From IMG/VR virus record IMGVR_UViG_3300033067_001012, positions 1 to 34,540 of that record: 34,540 nucleotides of DNA; one strand, 5' to 3'. Source of the DNA: a virus. Taxonomy: Duplodnaviria > Caudoviricetes. Position 1 is the stretch's first letter, and each line of letters opens with the position of its first letter. The notes under the pieces were generated by a model. That model searched no databases. It worked only from the letters and a program-made list of their open reading frames with translations, and was not told where the DNA came from. Shown piece by piece: positions 8,014 to 17,516 of this stretch. The position numbers and the translations under genes are program-made.

Positions 8014-8032
8014 CCAAAGCCCTCCAATTTAA

Positions 8033-8425
8033 CTACTCAACGGTCAATAAAAACTCATCAATCCCATCTAGTGACTTCATAAAACTATTGAAAGCAACGC
8101 GGCTGCTCATCACCATCTTGCCGCCGTTTAATTTGTTCCCGATTTGAGTCCCAAGTAAAACGCATCCATCTGATTCATCGTTGTAATTACCGACGTGAAT
8201 TAGAATGTTGTCGTGGTCTGGGACGCCAGTAATTTCAAAGACCTCATATCCAAGGTGAGGAGAAAATCGTCTAACGCACTTGTATTCACCGGGTGGAACC
8301 TTTGCGGCGTATCCATCACCGAATGGGTAAGAATGCTCAAGCGTAACCGCAAGCAAATCACGGCGGTCATTTAGTAGCTCCCCGAATATGCCGTCTTCTC
8401 TAAATTCTTTTCGGGTTAGCTTCAT
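8033..8425 (-). CDS. DUF5675-family protein, candidate endolysin
   Basis: TLE...VPPGEY...ILIHVGN...SDGCVLLG (His/Cys, L,D-transpeptidase-like); located in the lysis cassette. Confidence 0.75.
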   Translation of the reverse strand: MKLTRKEFREDGIFGELLNDRRDLLAVTLEHSYPFGDGYAAKVPPGEYKCVRRFSPHLGYEVFEITGVPDHDNILIHVGNYNDESDGCVLLGTQIGNKLNGGKMVMSSRVAFNSFMKSLDGIDEFLLTVE

Positions 8426-8713
8426 TTATTGACTCACCCTAAGCTTAAATCCCATGTTGATGAGTTTTGCTAAAGTTGCTGGGTCATTTAAATCATAGTA
8501 CTCGCGCTTTTGCTCCCACCTACGGCACCACAGAAATCTGTCTGCACATTCTCGCCACGTGTAATAAAACTGCCCAGGCTTGTCAGGGCTTAGGAGCAGG
8601 GTTCGCTCCTGTAACGGAATAAGCGAAGGAGTCGGCAAGGTCGCGCAACTCACGCTCGATCCGATCGAGAGCAAGCTGGCTCCGGTAATTATCAGGCTGA
8701 TCCATTTCTTCAT
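8426..8713 (-). CDS. Outer-membrane lipoprotein, o-spanin (Rz1-like)
   Basis: Start ATG 8713 with AAGGA RBS; MKKWISLIITGASLLSIGSSVS-C lipobox; Pro-rich after the Cys; begins inside 8583..8819 in another frame. Confidence 0.65.
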   Translation of the reverse strand: MKKWISLIITGASLLSIGSSVSCATLPTPSLIPLQERTLLLSPDKPGQFYYTWRECADRFLWCRRWEQKREYYDLNDPATLAKLINMGFKLRVSQ

Positions 8714-8819
8714 GGTAGTCCTTTTTAAGTTCCAGGTATTTGTCCTGATACTTTGTTTTAATCTCGTCTGAGGCGATCGACAGTGCCGCCCCGAGTACTT
8801 TAAAAATTGATTCAATCAT
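8583..8819 (-). CDS. i-spanin candidate (Rz-like)
   Basis: Hydrophobic N-terminus plus coiled coil; GAGG RBS; overlaps the lipoprotein gene. Confidence 0.55.
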   Translation of the reverse strand: MIESIFKVLGAALSIASDEIKTKYQDKYLELKKDYHEEMDQPDNYRSQLALDRIERELRDLADSFAYSVTGANPAPKP

Positions 8820-8894
8820 TTTTCCTCACGCGTCGATCGGGGCGAGGTTGAAAGGTTAAGACCTCTAACCCCGATCGAATACCCATCCGTTGGG

Positions 8895-9404
8895 TTAAGC
8901 CGACATTGGAGCGTTGATCTCTTTGATTAGAGAAATAATAGAAACGCCCACCTTTAATGATTTAGAAATAATTGCTGCGGCATGCTCGTTTGCAATGCCC
9001 TTCCCGATAACGAATGCCACAAGCTGGGCGGCTTCTGATTCATCAAGATCCGCAAGTTCTGGAATGGCTTGTCCAGCGTCCTCATAAGCAGCCAATGCCT
9101 TCGGATATAGAGGCATGATCAAACCAAGTGATTCAAAATGAAATTTTCCGTCTTTAAGTAGCTCTTTTTCAAATGAAAGCGCACTGAATCCAAAGTCCAA
9201 AATTTCCATCACGTTTTTAATATCTTTTTTTTCTGACATTTCTTTCTCTCCTAGTTTTTTTGCTAGAGCATTTTCAGCCCTAGATTGTTTAAATTTGAGA
9301 TAGGTGTTTATTGCCATAGGGAGGCCCTTTACAACCGTCCATATAAACCCCAAACACTTAGCCCAAAAATTTGTATTTTCTTTGTTGAAGTAGTCATCTG
9401 CCAT
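8895..9404 (-). CDS. Lysis-region helical protein; second likely start at ATG 9239 (114 aa)
   Basis: RBS-like sequences before both 9404 (GGAGAAGG) and 9239 (AGGAG); KDGK...ELADLD..E motif. Confidence 0.6.
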   Translation of the reverse strand: MADDYFNKENTNFWAKCLGFIWTVVKGLPMAINTYLKFKQSRAENALAKKLGEKEMSEKKDIKNVMEILDFGFSALSFEKELLKDGKFHFESLGLIMPLYPKALAAYEDAGQAIPELADLDESEAAQLVAFVIGKGIANEHAAAIISKSLKVGVSIISLIKEINAPMSA

Positions 9405-9567
9405 TCACCTTCTCCATGATCTGGTACTGCATCTGCTCAATTCGATCTAGACGTGGAACCACCTCTCTGTATGTTGCAAAGAACATGTGAACATATCCCA
9501 AAACAGCGAAGGCACTCCCGACGAGCCACATTAGAATCTCGACAGTGCTCACGCCGCGCTTATTCAT
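9394..9567 (-). CDS. 57-aa single-TM protein (holin candidate) with a prepilin-type N-terminus
   Basis: ATGA overlap with the tail-fibre stop; GGAG RBS; MNKRGVSTVEILMWLVGSAFAVLGYVHMFFATYREVVPRLDRIEQMQYQIMEKVNGR. Not in the ORF track. Confidence 0.75.
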   Translation of the reverse strand: MNKRGVSTVEILMWLVGSAFAVLGYVHMFFATYREVVPRLDRIEQMQYQIMEKVNGR

Positions 9568-10655
9568 TTCCTAACTCCATAAAGTCTGAATGTCCCTGCA
9601 GAGATGTTTCCTGATGACATTAAGAACCGAACCGCGTTGATGGTGTTAGTAGATCCGAAGTAAACAGACCCACCATCTACCGTAACAAGAGAAGGAACTT
9701 GACCGTGCATTACCACGTTCCACTTCATGAGCTTGTATTTGCTGCTAGTTGGAGTGAAAAGCCTGATATCACCTTGAAAGACCTCGCCAGTACTATTTCC
9801 AAGTCCGCCAATTACAACTATCTTTGTGTCTGATCCACTTGAACCAGTTGCACTTGGAGCAGCAGCGCCAGCGCTATAAACAAAGTTGTACGCGTAACTT
9901 GATGTAGAAACATAAGACGACCCTGCGTTCTCTGAAAACCTAATCCAAAGATCCGTGTTATCGGTAGCCGGTACAAGCCCGGTGATGACAAACAAATATT
10001 CGTCGTAAGTTCCATCAATACCAGTAGTGAAATCAATCTGTGCAGATGAGCTTGCAGTCTGAGCTGAAATTAATGTCATCCCAGAAACCGTGCTTAATAG
10101 TACCTTTTTGTTGGCTGATGCCGAAGCGTCAAAGGTTGGAACGTAATCCGCAGTACCGTCTGGAGCTGTATCTGCAGTTAATCCAGAAAACACAGTAGTT
10201 GCGAGCTTTGCCGTAGTAATCGCAGCATCCCTAATGTGGTCAGTGGTAACTGCTCGGTTTGCATCAACGCTTGGATCGTCGCGAAGCTTAGCTGCCGTTA
10301 CAGCATCATCTGCAATTTTTGCTGTAGTAACAGCCGAATCTTGAATCGACGCCGTCACCACAGAGTTGTTTGTTGCAAGACCCACAACCCCGTCCACCGT
10401 TCTAACCGTTGCTCCACCAGAGTCTTTGATTACAAACTTGTAAGACAAAGAAACATCTAGCCAAATGTTAGCCTCGCCATTTGCGTCGAGCACAATCGGG
10501 TTTGCGTTTGAAGTTACACCGGTTGAGTCAGTGTAAGTTAGTTGTGGCGTAGTTGTGCCTGACTGGTAAGTGTAAATGCTTCCACCTGCGAGTGGGTTAC
10601 CATTGGCATCGAAATATTGTGGTTTTAATACGGGAGCAAAGCTTACTGTAGCCAT
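9564..10655 (-). CDS. Tail fibre/spike with P22-type head-binding N-terminal domain
   Basis: FDANGNPLAGG.IYTY..GTTTP..TY.D...NPIVLDANG; AVT.AK repeats; C-terminal SGNISAGTFRLYG. Start at the TAATG overlap. Confidence 0.85.
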   Translation of the reverse strand: MATVSFAPVLKPQYFDANGNPLAGGSIYTYQSGTTTPQLTYTDSTGVTSNANPIVLDANGEANIWLDVSLSYKFVIKDSGGATVRTVDGVVGLATNNSVVTASIQDSAVTTAKIADDAVTAAKLRDDPSVDANRAVTTDHIRDAAITTAKLATTVFSGLTADTAPDGTADYVPTFDASASANKKVLLSTVSGMTLISAQTASSSAQIDFTTGIDGTYDEYLFVITGLVPATDNTDLWIRFSENAGSSYVSTSSYAYNFVYSAGAAAPSATGSSGSDTKIVVIGGLGNSTGEVFQGDIRLFTPTSSKYKLMKWNVVMHGQVPSLVTVDGGSVYFGSTNTINAVRFLMSSGNISAGTFRLYGVRK

Positions 10656-12562
10656 TATTTCCACCGTCCTTGTGAAATTTCGTTTTTGATTTCTTGAAAT
10701 CGTTTTGAACCTGGCTTTAAATCGGAAGCCTCTCTGAGAAGTGTTCTTCCCTTTTCAGAGTTCATCAGAACGGCGGCGGTTGCTTTATCAACACCAAGCC
10801 TTTTAGCGCCTTCATTCGCCCACCTATCGAGGTTTGATTTTTTTTTGGTTTGAGCTGGGTTTCGATCTGTGATGTCCTCTGCCGCAACCTTCTGAATTGG
10901 TTCCGACAGGTCGGTTTTGCTCATTACTCCGATAGTATTTGCGAGCGCCGAAGGCGTTCTTTCTGTTGCTTCGAGGGCTGGCGCCGCCGTCCTTCCAAGC
11001 GACTCAAGACCGGCATCTCTAAGAAAGCTACCAGCTTTGTCTAGAGCTTTTGATACGAGAGGAGTTCCGTATTTTCTCATGCCCTTATTAGCCAAACCAA
11101 GCCCCGCACCAATAGCGGCATTTTTAATTTTATTTTCTATGCCATCACCGGTTGCGGCTCCAACCACCGCACCGCCGACGCTCGTCATGTAATCGCTTGG
11201 AGAAAAAAACCTATTCGCATTTTCACGTAAAACTCTGTCTGACGATATTCCTTCTAGCTGCGCAGCCATGCCGTATTTCTTATTTGCTTCTTTTAACCCC
11301 GCCAAAGCATCGCTTCCAAGAGCGTTATCAAGAGCCGATATTCTCGAATCTATCTTTTCGCTTAGCTTTCCGCGAAGTTTGGCAAGAAGCTGCTTTGCAA
11401 GCGGCTGATCTCTGAACTCTTTGTCGTAATTAATCAAGCTATCTACATCAACCTTTGCCTTTTGAAGCTGTAGGATGTTTGCATCGGGCCCAATCTCTTT
11501 GATGTCGGACAAAACCGACTGTACTTGCGGAAGCGCCTTTCTAAAACCAGCAGTTCCCTTGTATTCAGACTGAAGTGCGCTTTCAAACTCGTCTGCAAAC
11601 TGAACAGGATTGAAAGCAGATTTCTCAAGTGACTGTTTAATTTCTGGAGTAATTTTTTCTAAGAATTTTGGATTATTTACAGCGTCGTTTGCGGCCTTGT
11701 AGGTTTCGGCAATCTTTGCACCGGCTTCCTGCTTAATAGCGCCTGATTTTGCCGCGACCGTTTCAAAGCTTGATCCGGGTTCAACCATTCCGTTATCAAG
11801 CATGAATCGTCCGAGGTCGTTAATTTTGTCTTTAGACGCTGCATTCCTGTAGTCTTTCAGCATTGCTCCCGAAGACTTAAATGCCCGCTCTTCTGCCTTC
11901 GAATTTAGCTTCCCGGCGAGGTTTCCGACTCCTTTTGCGGCGGCAGACGCTCCCTCAATTAATCCCTGCCCGGCTGCTCCAATTGTGCCACCTACGGCGA
12001 GGTTTCTTAGGCGATCTTCACCCTGAAGAATGTTCACTTCACCCTCAGTGTCGCCTGGATTTGAAAGTGCGCCGATAATTGCTCCACCTTTAGCGGCTTG
12101 GGCAACTCGACCGAGCCTGGTTGCGGCATTAATAGGAGTTAATCCGCTTGCAGCTATACCTGATGCAAGTGAGCCGCCAATTGTTCCAACGGCGGACGCA
12201 ACGGGGTGATTTGATTCTTGGTCTTGTAGTCTCTTCGCATAGGCATCACGCTCTTGAGCGTATGTCTTTTCTTGTGGTGATACTGTAAATCCCTGTTCTT
12301 TTAGTTTTTTGTCTAGATCAGCATTTGGATCTGGCATGACTTTGCTAACAAACCCTTGAATTTGAGGCATGTACCCAAGGGCTGCCGCGTTTCCAAAGTG
12401 CTCTAATCCCGCTTGAGCTGCTTCGCCAATATCACCTTCTGAGCTTGCCGGTTTTTCTTTTTGTGAGTTTTCGGCTTTCCACTTTTGCTTAGCTTGCTCG
12501 ACTAATTGATCTCGTTGCCACTTTTGCTTAGCTTGTGCAACAAGCTCTTCTCTCGTGGCCAT
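10655..12562 (-). CDS. Large DNA ejection (internal virion) protein
   Basis: Ala/Gly-rich helical protein, third in the ejection cluster, just before the tail fibre. Confidence 0.7.
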   Translation of the reverse strand: MATREELVAQAKQKWQRDQLVEQAKQKWKAENSQKEKPASSEGDIGEAAQAGLEHFGNAAALGYMPQIQGFVSKVMPDPNADLDKKLKEQGFTVSPQEKTYAQERDAYAKRLQDQESNHPVASAVGTIGGSLASGIAASGLTPINAATRLGRVAQAAKGGAIIGALSNPGDTEGEVNILQGEDRLRNLAVGGTIGAAGQGLIEGASAAAKGVGNLAGKLNSKAEERAFKSSGAMLKDYRNAASKDKINDLGRFMLDNGMVEPGSSFETVAAKSGAIKQEAGAKIAETYKAANDAVNNPKFLEKITPEIKQSLEKSAFNPVQFADEFESALQSEYKGTAGFRKALPQVQSVLSDIKEIGPDANILQLQKAKVDVDSLINYDKEFRDQPLAKQLLAKLRGKLSEKIDSRISALDNALGSDALAGLKEANKKYGMAAQLEGISSDRVLRENANRFFSPSDYMTSVGGAVVGAATGDGIENKIKNAAIGAGLGLANKGMRKYGTPLVSKALDKAGSFLRDAGLESLGRTAAPALEATERTPSALANTIGVMSKTDLSEPIQKVAAEDITDRNPAQTKKKSNLDRWANEGAKRLGVDKATAAVLMNSEKGRTLLREASDLKPGSKRFQEIKNEISQGRWK

Positions 12563-13533
12563 TAGTTGCCCCCGATGTATTTTGTTAATTCTGCTTCGCT
12601 CATATTGTGGAAGTCAGGCATTGCAGAGTCGGCCGACGCATCTTTAATTATGGAGCCGGTCTTATTTCCCTTTTTATCCCATTTCAAATAAGCAAACGAA
12701 CCCTCTCCCTGAGGGTCAAATCCAAGAGTTTTGTATCGACTGCGCATGATCTGTTTTAATTCATCGAGCTTTTGTCTCTGCATTTTTGGGTTATCAAGAG
12801 CAGATCTAGCAAGCGCTCTAAATCGCTCGCCTTCATCTTTGTTAATCGCCCCGCCCGATTGCATGCGGCCTACCGCTTCCTCAAATCTGCTTAATGCTGC
12901 GGTGTAATTGTTATCACCAAATGGGCTGTATCGGGGTACGTTTGAATTTAGCGCCGAACCCATCTCATTAATTGCATCGTTTGCCATGACGACATTGTCA
13001 TACCGCTGCTTGTCCGAAGAATTTAGGCTTGCAAGCTTTGACTCTTTTGTCGGCGGCAGCAAATCTCCAAGCTTGCTTTTTGCTTCCGCATTTAGCTTTG
13101 CAATTTCTGCCCTTGTTTTACTGCGCGCCAACTCCCGATCCATTGGATCATTTTTAGCGCTTGTTAATTCATACTGTGCTTTTTTAATTGCCAAGTATTC
13201 AGGAGTATTGTTTAGCTGGTGCCCGATCATTGCTGCTGTTTCTGGTGAATACGGCATTGCTTCATTCGGAGCCAGATGCCCGCTATCGACTAGTTTTTTT
13301 AACCCCTGGTTCCACGCGCCTTCTCGCTTGTCTTCGGGTAGGCTCATCACAGAGTCGTATGTTGACCCAATTTCCATTAATTTCTTTTTTTGATCCGAAT
13401 CCTTCATCTGTTTTGCTTCCTGGGCATTTCTGAGCCCAATCGACGAAAGTCTTGCAGCATTTGTTTGAACGTCTATCGGATCGTTTTGATCAAAAAGCTT
13501 TATGTTGTTGTAAATGCTTGTGTCGATAGACAT
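12562..13533 (-). CDS. DNA ejection protein (P22 gp20-like position)
   Basis: Helical, QSGGAI...E motif, second in the ejection cluster. Confidence 0.7.
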   Translation of the reverse strand: MSIDTSIYNNIKLFDQNDPIDVQTNAARLSSIGLRNAQEAKQMKDSDQKKKLMEIGSTYDSVMSLPEDKREGAWNQGLKKLVDSGHLAPNEAMPYSPETAAMIGHQLNNTPEYLAIKKAQYELTSAKNDPMDRELARSKTRAEIAKLNAEAKSKLGDLLPPTKESKLASLNSSDKQRYDNVVMANDAINEMGSALNSNVPRYSPFGDNNYTAALSRFEEAVGRMQSGGAINKDEGERFRALARSALDNPKMQRQKLDELKQIMRSRYKTLGFDPQGEGSFAYLKWDKKGNKTGSIIKDASADSAMPDFHNMSEAELTKYIGGN

Positions 13534-14519
13534 TAGCTAACCCCCCAAAATGATGATGGTGACTGTCCGTAGTTGTATCCAGACACAGACCCAACCGGGC
13601 TGTTAGTGCCCAGCCCGCTTAAGTTTTGTTGCATCCAGTTTTTTTGGTCAGCCATAGCGGCCGTGCTCATACCAATGTTTCCTAGGTTTTTAATTGTATT
13701 CCCCCAAGCATTTGCACCAGCAATCTGTGCAGCACCTTGAGCGTTCGCAGCCCCCATCATGTTCTGACCAACTTGGTTTGCGTAGTTCTGCCCAGCTTGT
13801 CCGATCTGCGCGTTTGCGTTCTGACCAAATCCGGAAATTGAGGACAATCGATTGAACCTATTTGTCTGATCGTTGTTGAAACGGTTGTAAGCATTACCGT
13901 ATTCGTTTGATGCGTAGTCTTGACCGTACTTAGCAAGTTCCTTTGCAAAGTTTCCAGACATTAAGCCACCCGACGCAGCAGCAGAGCGCTCTAATGCTTT
14001 TTGACCTTCCTGCATGCGGAAGTCATAGCCAGGATCTTTTTGGAAATCGGCCATTGTGAAGTTACGAGTGAGCTCTGGATCGATCTCATAATTTTCAGCG
14101 TTATTGTGGATGAGACCCTTATCAAGAGAGTCTTGTCGTCCGTTTGCATTCCAGTCGGCTAAAACGCGAGCTCTGATTTGATCATCGCTCTCACCGCCAC
14201 CGGCTTCATTTCTTGCTTGCTGTGCATTTGTTACATAGGTATCAATCCAGCTGTTTTTGATTTGGTCTTCGTTTGTAGATGGGCCGCTTGCTCCATTTGC
14301 TCTGCGGAAAATACCGCCATTTCCATACAGAGCTTGAACACCAGCCTGACGCCAAGGATTTTGGTCAGTGCGCTGCTGATTATACATTTGCATTTGAAGC
14401 TGGCTTGCGCGATCAGCTGCGGCAGATTGCGTCTCTGCTGCGCTCTTTGCTCCTTTTCCGCCCAAAAACCCACTACCAATAGCGCCGACACCGGCAGCAA
14501 TTCCTCCACCTAAAGGCAT
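13533..14519 (-). CDS. DNA transfer/ejection protein (P22 gp7-like)
   Basis: Gly/Ala-rich N-terminus, PWRQAG..AL, DPGY.FR..EGQKALERSAAA.GGL.SG motif. Confidence 0.8.
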   Translation of the reverse strand: MPLGGGIAAGVGAIGSGFLGGKGAKSAAETQSAAADRASQLQMQMYNQQRTDQNPWRQAGVQALYGNGGIFRRANGASGPSTNEDQIKNSWIDTYVTNAQQARNEAGGGESDDQIRARVLADWNANGRQDSLDKGLIHNNAENYEIDPELTRNFTMADFQKDPGYDFRMQEGQKALERSAAASGGLMSGNFAKELAKYGQDYASNEYGNAYNRFNNDQTNRFNRLSSISGFGQNANAQIGQAGQNYANQVGQNMMGAANAQGAAQIAGANAWGNTIKNLGNIGMSTAAMADQKNWMQQNLSGLGTNSPVGSVSGYNYGQSPSSFWGVS

Positions 14520-15289
14520 ACTGATCTCCTCCTCAAATGAGATACATTCTCGTCAGTTTGTTCAAATCCGCGCCTTTTAAACCGTTCCGAGAGTCCAGGA
14601 AGGTTTGTCGCGCAGCTCACCATTGCAAATCCTCTTGCTAGTGCTGAAAACGAAAGGCCTTCAATCAAACAATCAAGAGCGGAGTTTCTATCCGCGCCGA
14701 GTGAATCGGGGTCAGACGATAAATTTCCGATCATCGCTAGATTTGCGTCTGTTAAGAATAAGAACCCTGCCGCAACCGGAATCCCGTTTTTGCATGCGAC
14801 GATGCCTAGCTGTGGTAAAAATGCGGGATCAGGATGCGGAAAGTTGCGCTTAATGAACCATGATTTAATCAGCTCAAAATGAAGATCGAAATTAAACGGC
14901 ACAAGATCAATGCTGGTATCGACGTTTGGAAGTTTTAATTTTGGCTGTTTTACTGGTTTTGAAACCTGAATTATTCCGCCGTTTGCCGATGAGATTTTAA
15001 ATCCAGCCGAGAGGCATGCAATAGTAACAATCGACGAACACGAATCCTCTAGATATATTGATCCCGTGATTCGCTCACATTTTGCCTTCTCTGCAGCGTC
15101 TTCTAGCTTTTTTAAAAGAATTCTACCGTGTCCAGATTTTCTAGACTCTGGTTTAACGTAGAACTCGATAACGTAGCAAACAGGCCCATCGTCTCGATAA
15201 GCAACAAAACCGTGCTCATCTTGAATGATCTTTCCACGCGATCTTTCCGAAATGTATTTGCCGTAGTGAGATTCTGATAAGTTAATCAT
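14510..15289 (-). CDS. Tandem GNAT-fold virion assembly protein
   Basis: N-domain FYVKPESRKSGHG (acetyl-CoA motif A); C-domain PVAAGFLFLTD...F..RGF. Confidence 0.7.
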   Translation of the reverse strand: MINLSESHYGKYISERSRGKIIQDEHGFVAYRDDGPVCYVIEFYVKPESRKSGHGRILLKKLEDAAEKAKCERITGSIYLEDSCSSIVTIACLSAGFKISSANGGIIQVSKPVKQPKLKLPNVDTSIDLVPFNFDLHFELIKSWFIKRNFPHPDPAFLPQLGIVACKNGIPVAAGFLFLTDANLAMIGNLSSDPDSLGADRNSALDCLIEGLSFSALARGFAMVSCATNLPGLSERFKRRGFEQTDENVSHLRRRSVCL

Positions 15290-16086
15290 ACGGTACGCTC
15301 CGTAATCCTGAGCGATGAGAGGTTGATGCCACCGAGAAGTCGCGATCCGCCGGATCCGTTAAATGTCACTGTTGCTGCTGACCCTGCACCGGCGCGGACT
15401 TTGAAAGTTGTGGCACTTGTAGTCCCTGCCGCCATTTCATGCCTAAATGACAGTTTTACTATCCCGCCTGAAGTCTCTACAAACTGAGCGCACCCAGCGA
15501 CAGAGTTAGCTGTGGAATCTTGAAATAAAGCTGCGATCATCGTCACGTTTGCCGCGCTTGCAGATAGAAACAGCTCGGCATCGATTACAAGCCTATTTGT
15601 TGCAGATTGAGGGGTGATGCTAGCGGACAAGAACTCAGTGCCCTCAGTGTTCTGAGGGATTGTGTCGTCAATTGGGATTGTAGTTGTTCCCGTGGTTACT
15701 GCACCGCTTTGAGTAAACACGTCTTGAACAATTCGTGATGCTTTTGCGTCTGTTGCAAACTTCGCGAGCGTAATCCCAGCATCTTTTACGCGCAAGGTGT
15801 CTGAGTTAATTTCAACCGTGCTGTTATCTGTATTTACTGCTAGCGGTGAACCGGCGCCACCAATTAACCCACCACCCGCAACAGACGCGGATACCTTCGC
15901 TTCGGTGACGGCTGCGTCTTCAATTCTTGATGTAGATACAGAATAGAGCTCACTGTTCGAGCTTGCGATGTTTCCACCTACTCGCTCAAAAAGACGAATA
16001 AACCAGTCAGCCCAAACGGGTGTGAGTACACCCATGTCATCGATCATTGGGGTCTTAACCAGTACTGATGGAAGCTTTGTAGACAT
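15286..16086 (-). CDS. Tail needle/plug-like protein with C-terminal knob
   Basis: P..D..G..T.VW..WF..L N-terminus; follows the gp10-like gene; beta-rich C-terminus (SITP.S..N). Confidence 0.6.
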   Translation of the reverse strand: MSTKLPSVLVKTPMIDDMGVLTPVWADWFIRLFERVGGNIASSNSELYSVSTSRIEDAAVTEAKVSASVAGGGLIGGAGSPLAVNTDNSTVEINSDTLRVKDAGITLAKFATDAKASRIVQDVFTQSGAVTTGTTTIPIDDTIPQNTEGTEFLSASITPQSATNRLVIDAELFLSASAANVTMIAALFQDSTANSVAGCAQFVETSGGIVKLSFRHEMAAGTTSATTFKVRAGAGSAATVTFNGSGGSRLLGGINLSSLRITERTV

Positions 16087-17516
16087 TACGCGGCCCCCAC
16101 TTCGACGTTTAACTCAGCACCGATAAGCACCGCTTTCACTGGATCAGTCATGCTGACCTCGTAAACCCGGTCACGAGACATCCCAAGGCGGCGCCAGATT
16201 GCTCTGGTTTTAAATTTTCCAATCTTTCCAGCTCCGACCCAGTACTCGCCAGACCAAGTGTGACCGCCGTCGTCTGACCATCTGAGCATCACTTGGGGGT
16301 CGGTTCCTTGTGCGGTTCCATCCAGTCCGACGCCTGTTTCCATGTCGATCTGAATTGAATTGTGACGAACTAACTTTAATCCAGACGAGAAGTGAGGAGC
16401 GGCCCTAATGCGTTTGATTGGGGTCGTGTCGTCGTAGTAGTAAGAAGCGTCTAGCGAATAGATCTTACCGTTTGAATAATCGCCGACGACATTGTAGCCG
16501 TAACCAATTGCGTGGCAATCAGCTCGATCTCGTTCAAGTGACCAAAGATTTAGGTACACTCTCTCATGCCACATGTTTGTAGATGCGTCATATACCCAAG
16601 TTGATGATGCTCCAGGGAAGTTAATACAGTAAAATGCGTGACCGCCCTGCTCGTAAACCCATGCGCGCGAACTTGAGAGCGTAGTCTGATCAAGGCCACG
16701 AATCACGCTTTCCACTGCTGGAGTAGAAATGGGTTCAGCCTGGTATCCGTTCATGCGATAAATCACGCCGCGGCCCGTGTCTGATCCACCTAAGAAATAA
16801 GGAACACCTTTAAGCTTTGCGATCGATTGAGCGGCATAACATCCGATGTCGTTCACGGCTCCACGAATGCGAGAAAACGGAGTGACACCGTCGTCATAGA
16901 AAACTTCGGTCGATTGCGCACCAAACATGTAAATATTTTGGTTAGCCGCAATTAATCCAACCAAGTTGTCAGGGCTACCAATCGCTGACACGACATCAAG
17001 AGCCGCGAAAGTAACGGCGTTAATTCCAGAGAAAAACGCAATTTGCGTGCCAGTTTTATTAAAAACGAAATAACCGTCGATATAGGTAACGGTGTCGCAT
17101 GGATAGAAATTTATATCTGTGACTTGTGTGAAGGTGCTCGTGTTTACGTTCCAGTGATACCCATTCGTGCCGTCTACAAGGAAAACATAAGTCCCATTGT
17201 CGGCAATGGACACAGCTCCGGTTGACGTGGTCAAAGTCCCGAGCTCAGAGGCTGCCCATGCGCTTGAAATTGAATAGAACTTGTTTCCACCGACTGCGAA
17301 AAGAGTGCCGTTAGATGCCCGATAGAGCGCTCTAACAGGAGAATTTGGGAGCGTAAGTCTAAGGCGCTTTCCAGGGGTCGGCACTAAAGATGCGACTTCT
17401 CGCTCCTTACCCGTGCCAAGGGCGTCCATTTCAACCATCCAATTCACGCAGCGCTGACTATCGACGTTAACCGATTGCGAGGTGTATGATGGCCCGATGA
17501 AAGCAGGAAACCTCAA
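16086..17516 (-). CDS. Packaged-DNA stabilisation/tail hub protein (P22 gp10-like)
   Basis: IADNG, DGYFVF, Y..GGH.FY, TWVYD, LRWSDDGG.TW...WRRLG..RDRV motifs. Confidence 0.9.
   Translation of the reverse strand: MRFPAFIGPSYTSQSVNVDSQRCVNWMVEMDALGTGKEREVASLVPTPGKRLRLTLPNSPVRALYRASNGTLFAVGGNKFYSISSAWAASELGTLTTSTGAVSIADNGTYVFLVDGTNGYHWNVNTSTFTQVTDINFYPCDTVTYIDGYFVFNKTGTQIAFFSGINAVTFAALDVVSAIGSPDNLVGLIAANQNIYMFGAQSTEVFYDDGVTPFSRIRGAVNDIGCYAAQSIAKLKGVPYFLGGSDTGRGVIYRMNGYQAEPISTPAVESVIRGLDQTTLSSSRAWVYEQGGHAFYCINFPGASSTWVYDASTNMWHERVYLNLWSLERDRADCHAIGYGYNVVGDYSNGKIYSLDASYYYDDTTPIKRIRAAPHFSSGLKLVRHNSIQIDMETGVGLDGTAQGTDPQVMLRWSDDGGHTWSGEYWVGAGKIGKFKTRAIWRRLGMSRDRVYEVSMTDPVKAVLIGAELNVEVGAA

Noticed and set aside
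12908-13393. Long plus-strand ORFs opposite structural genes (also 10917..11192 and 26079..26540)
   Set aside because: Fully antisense to well-supported genes, with no RBS or recognisable motifs.
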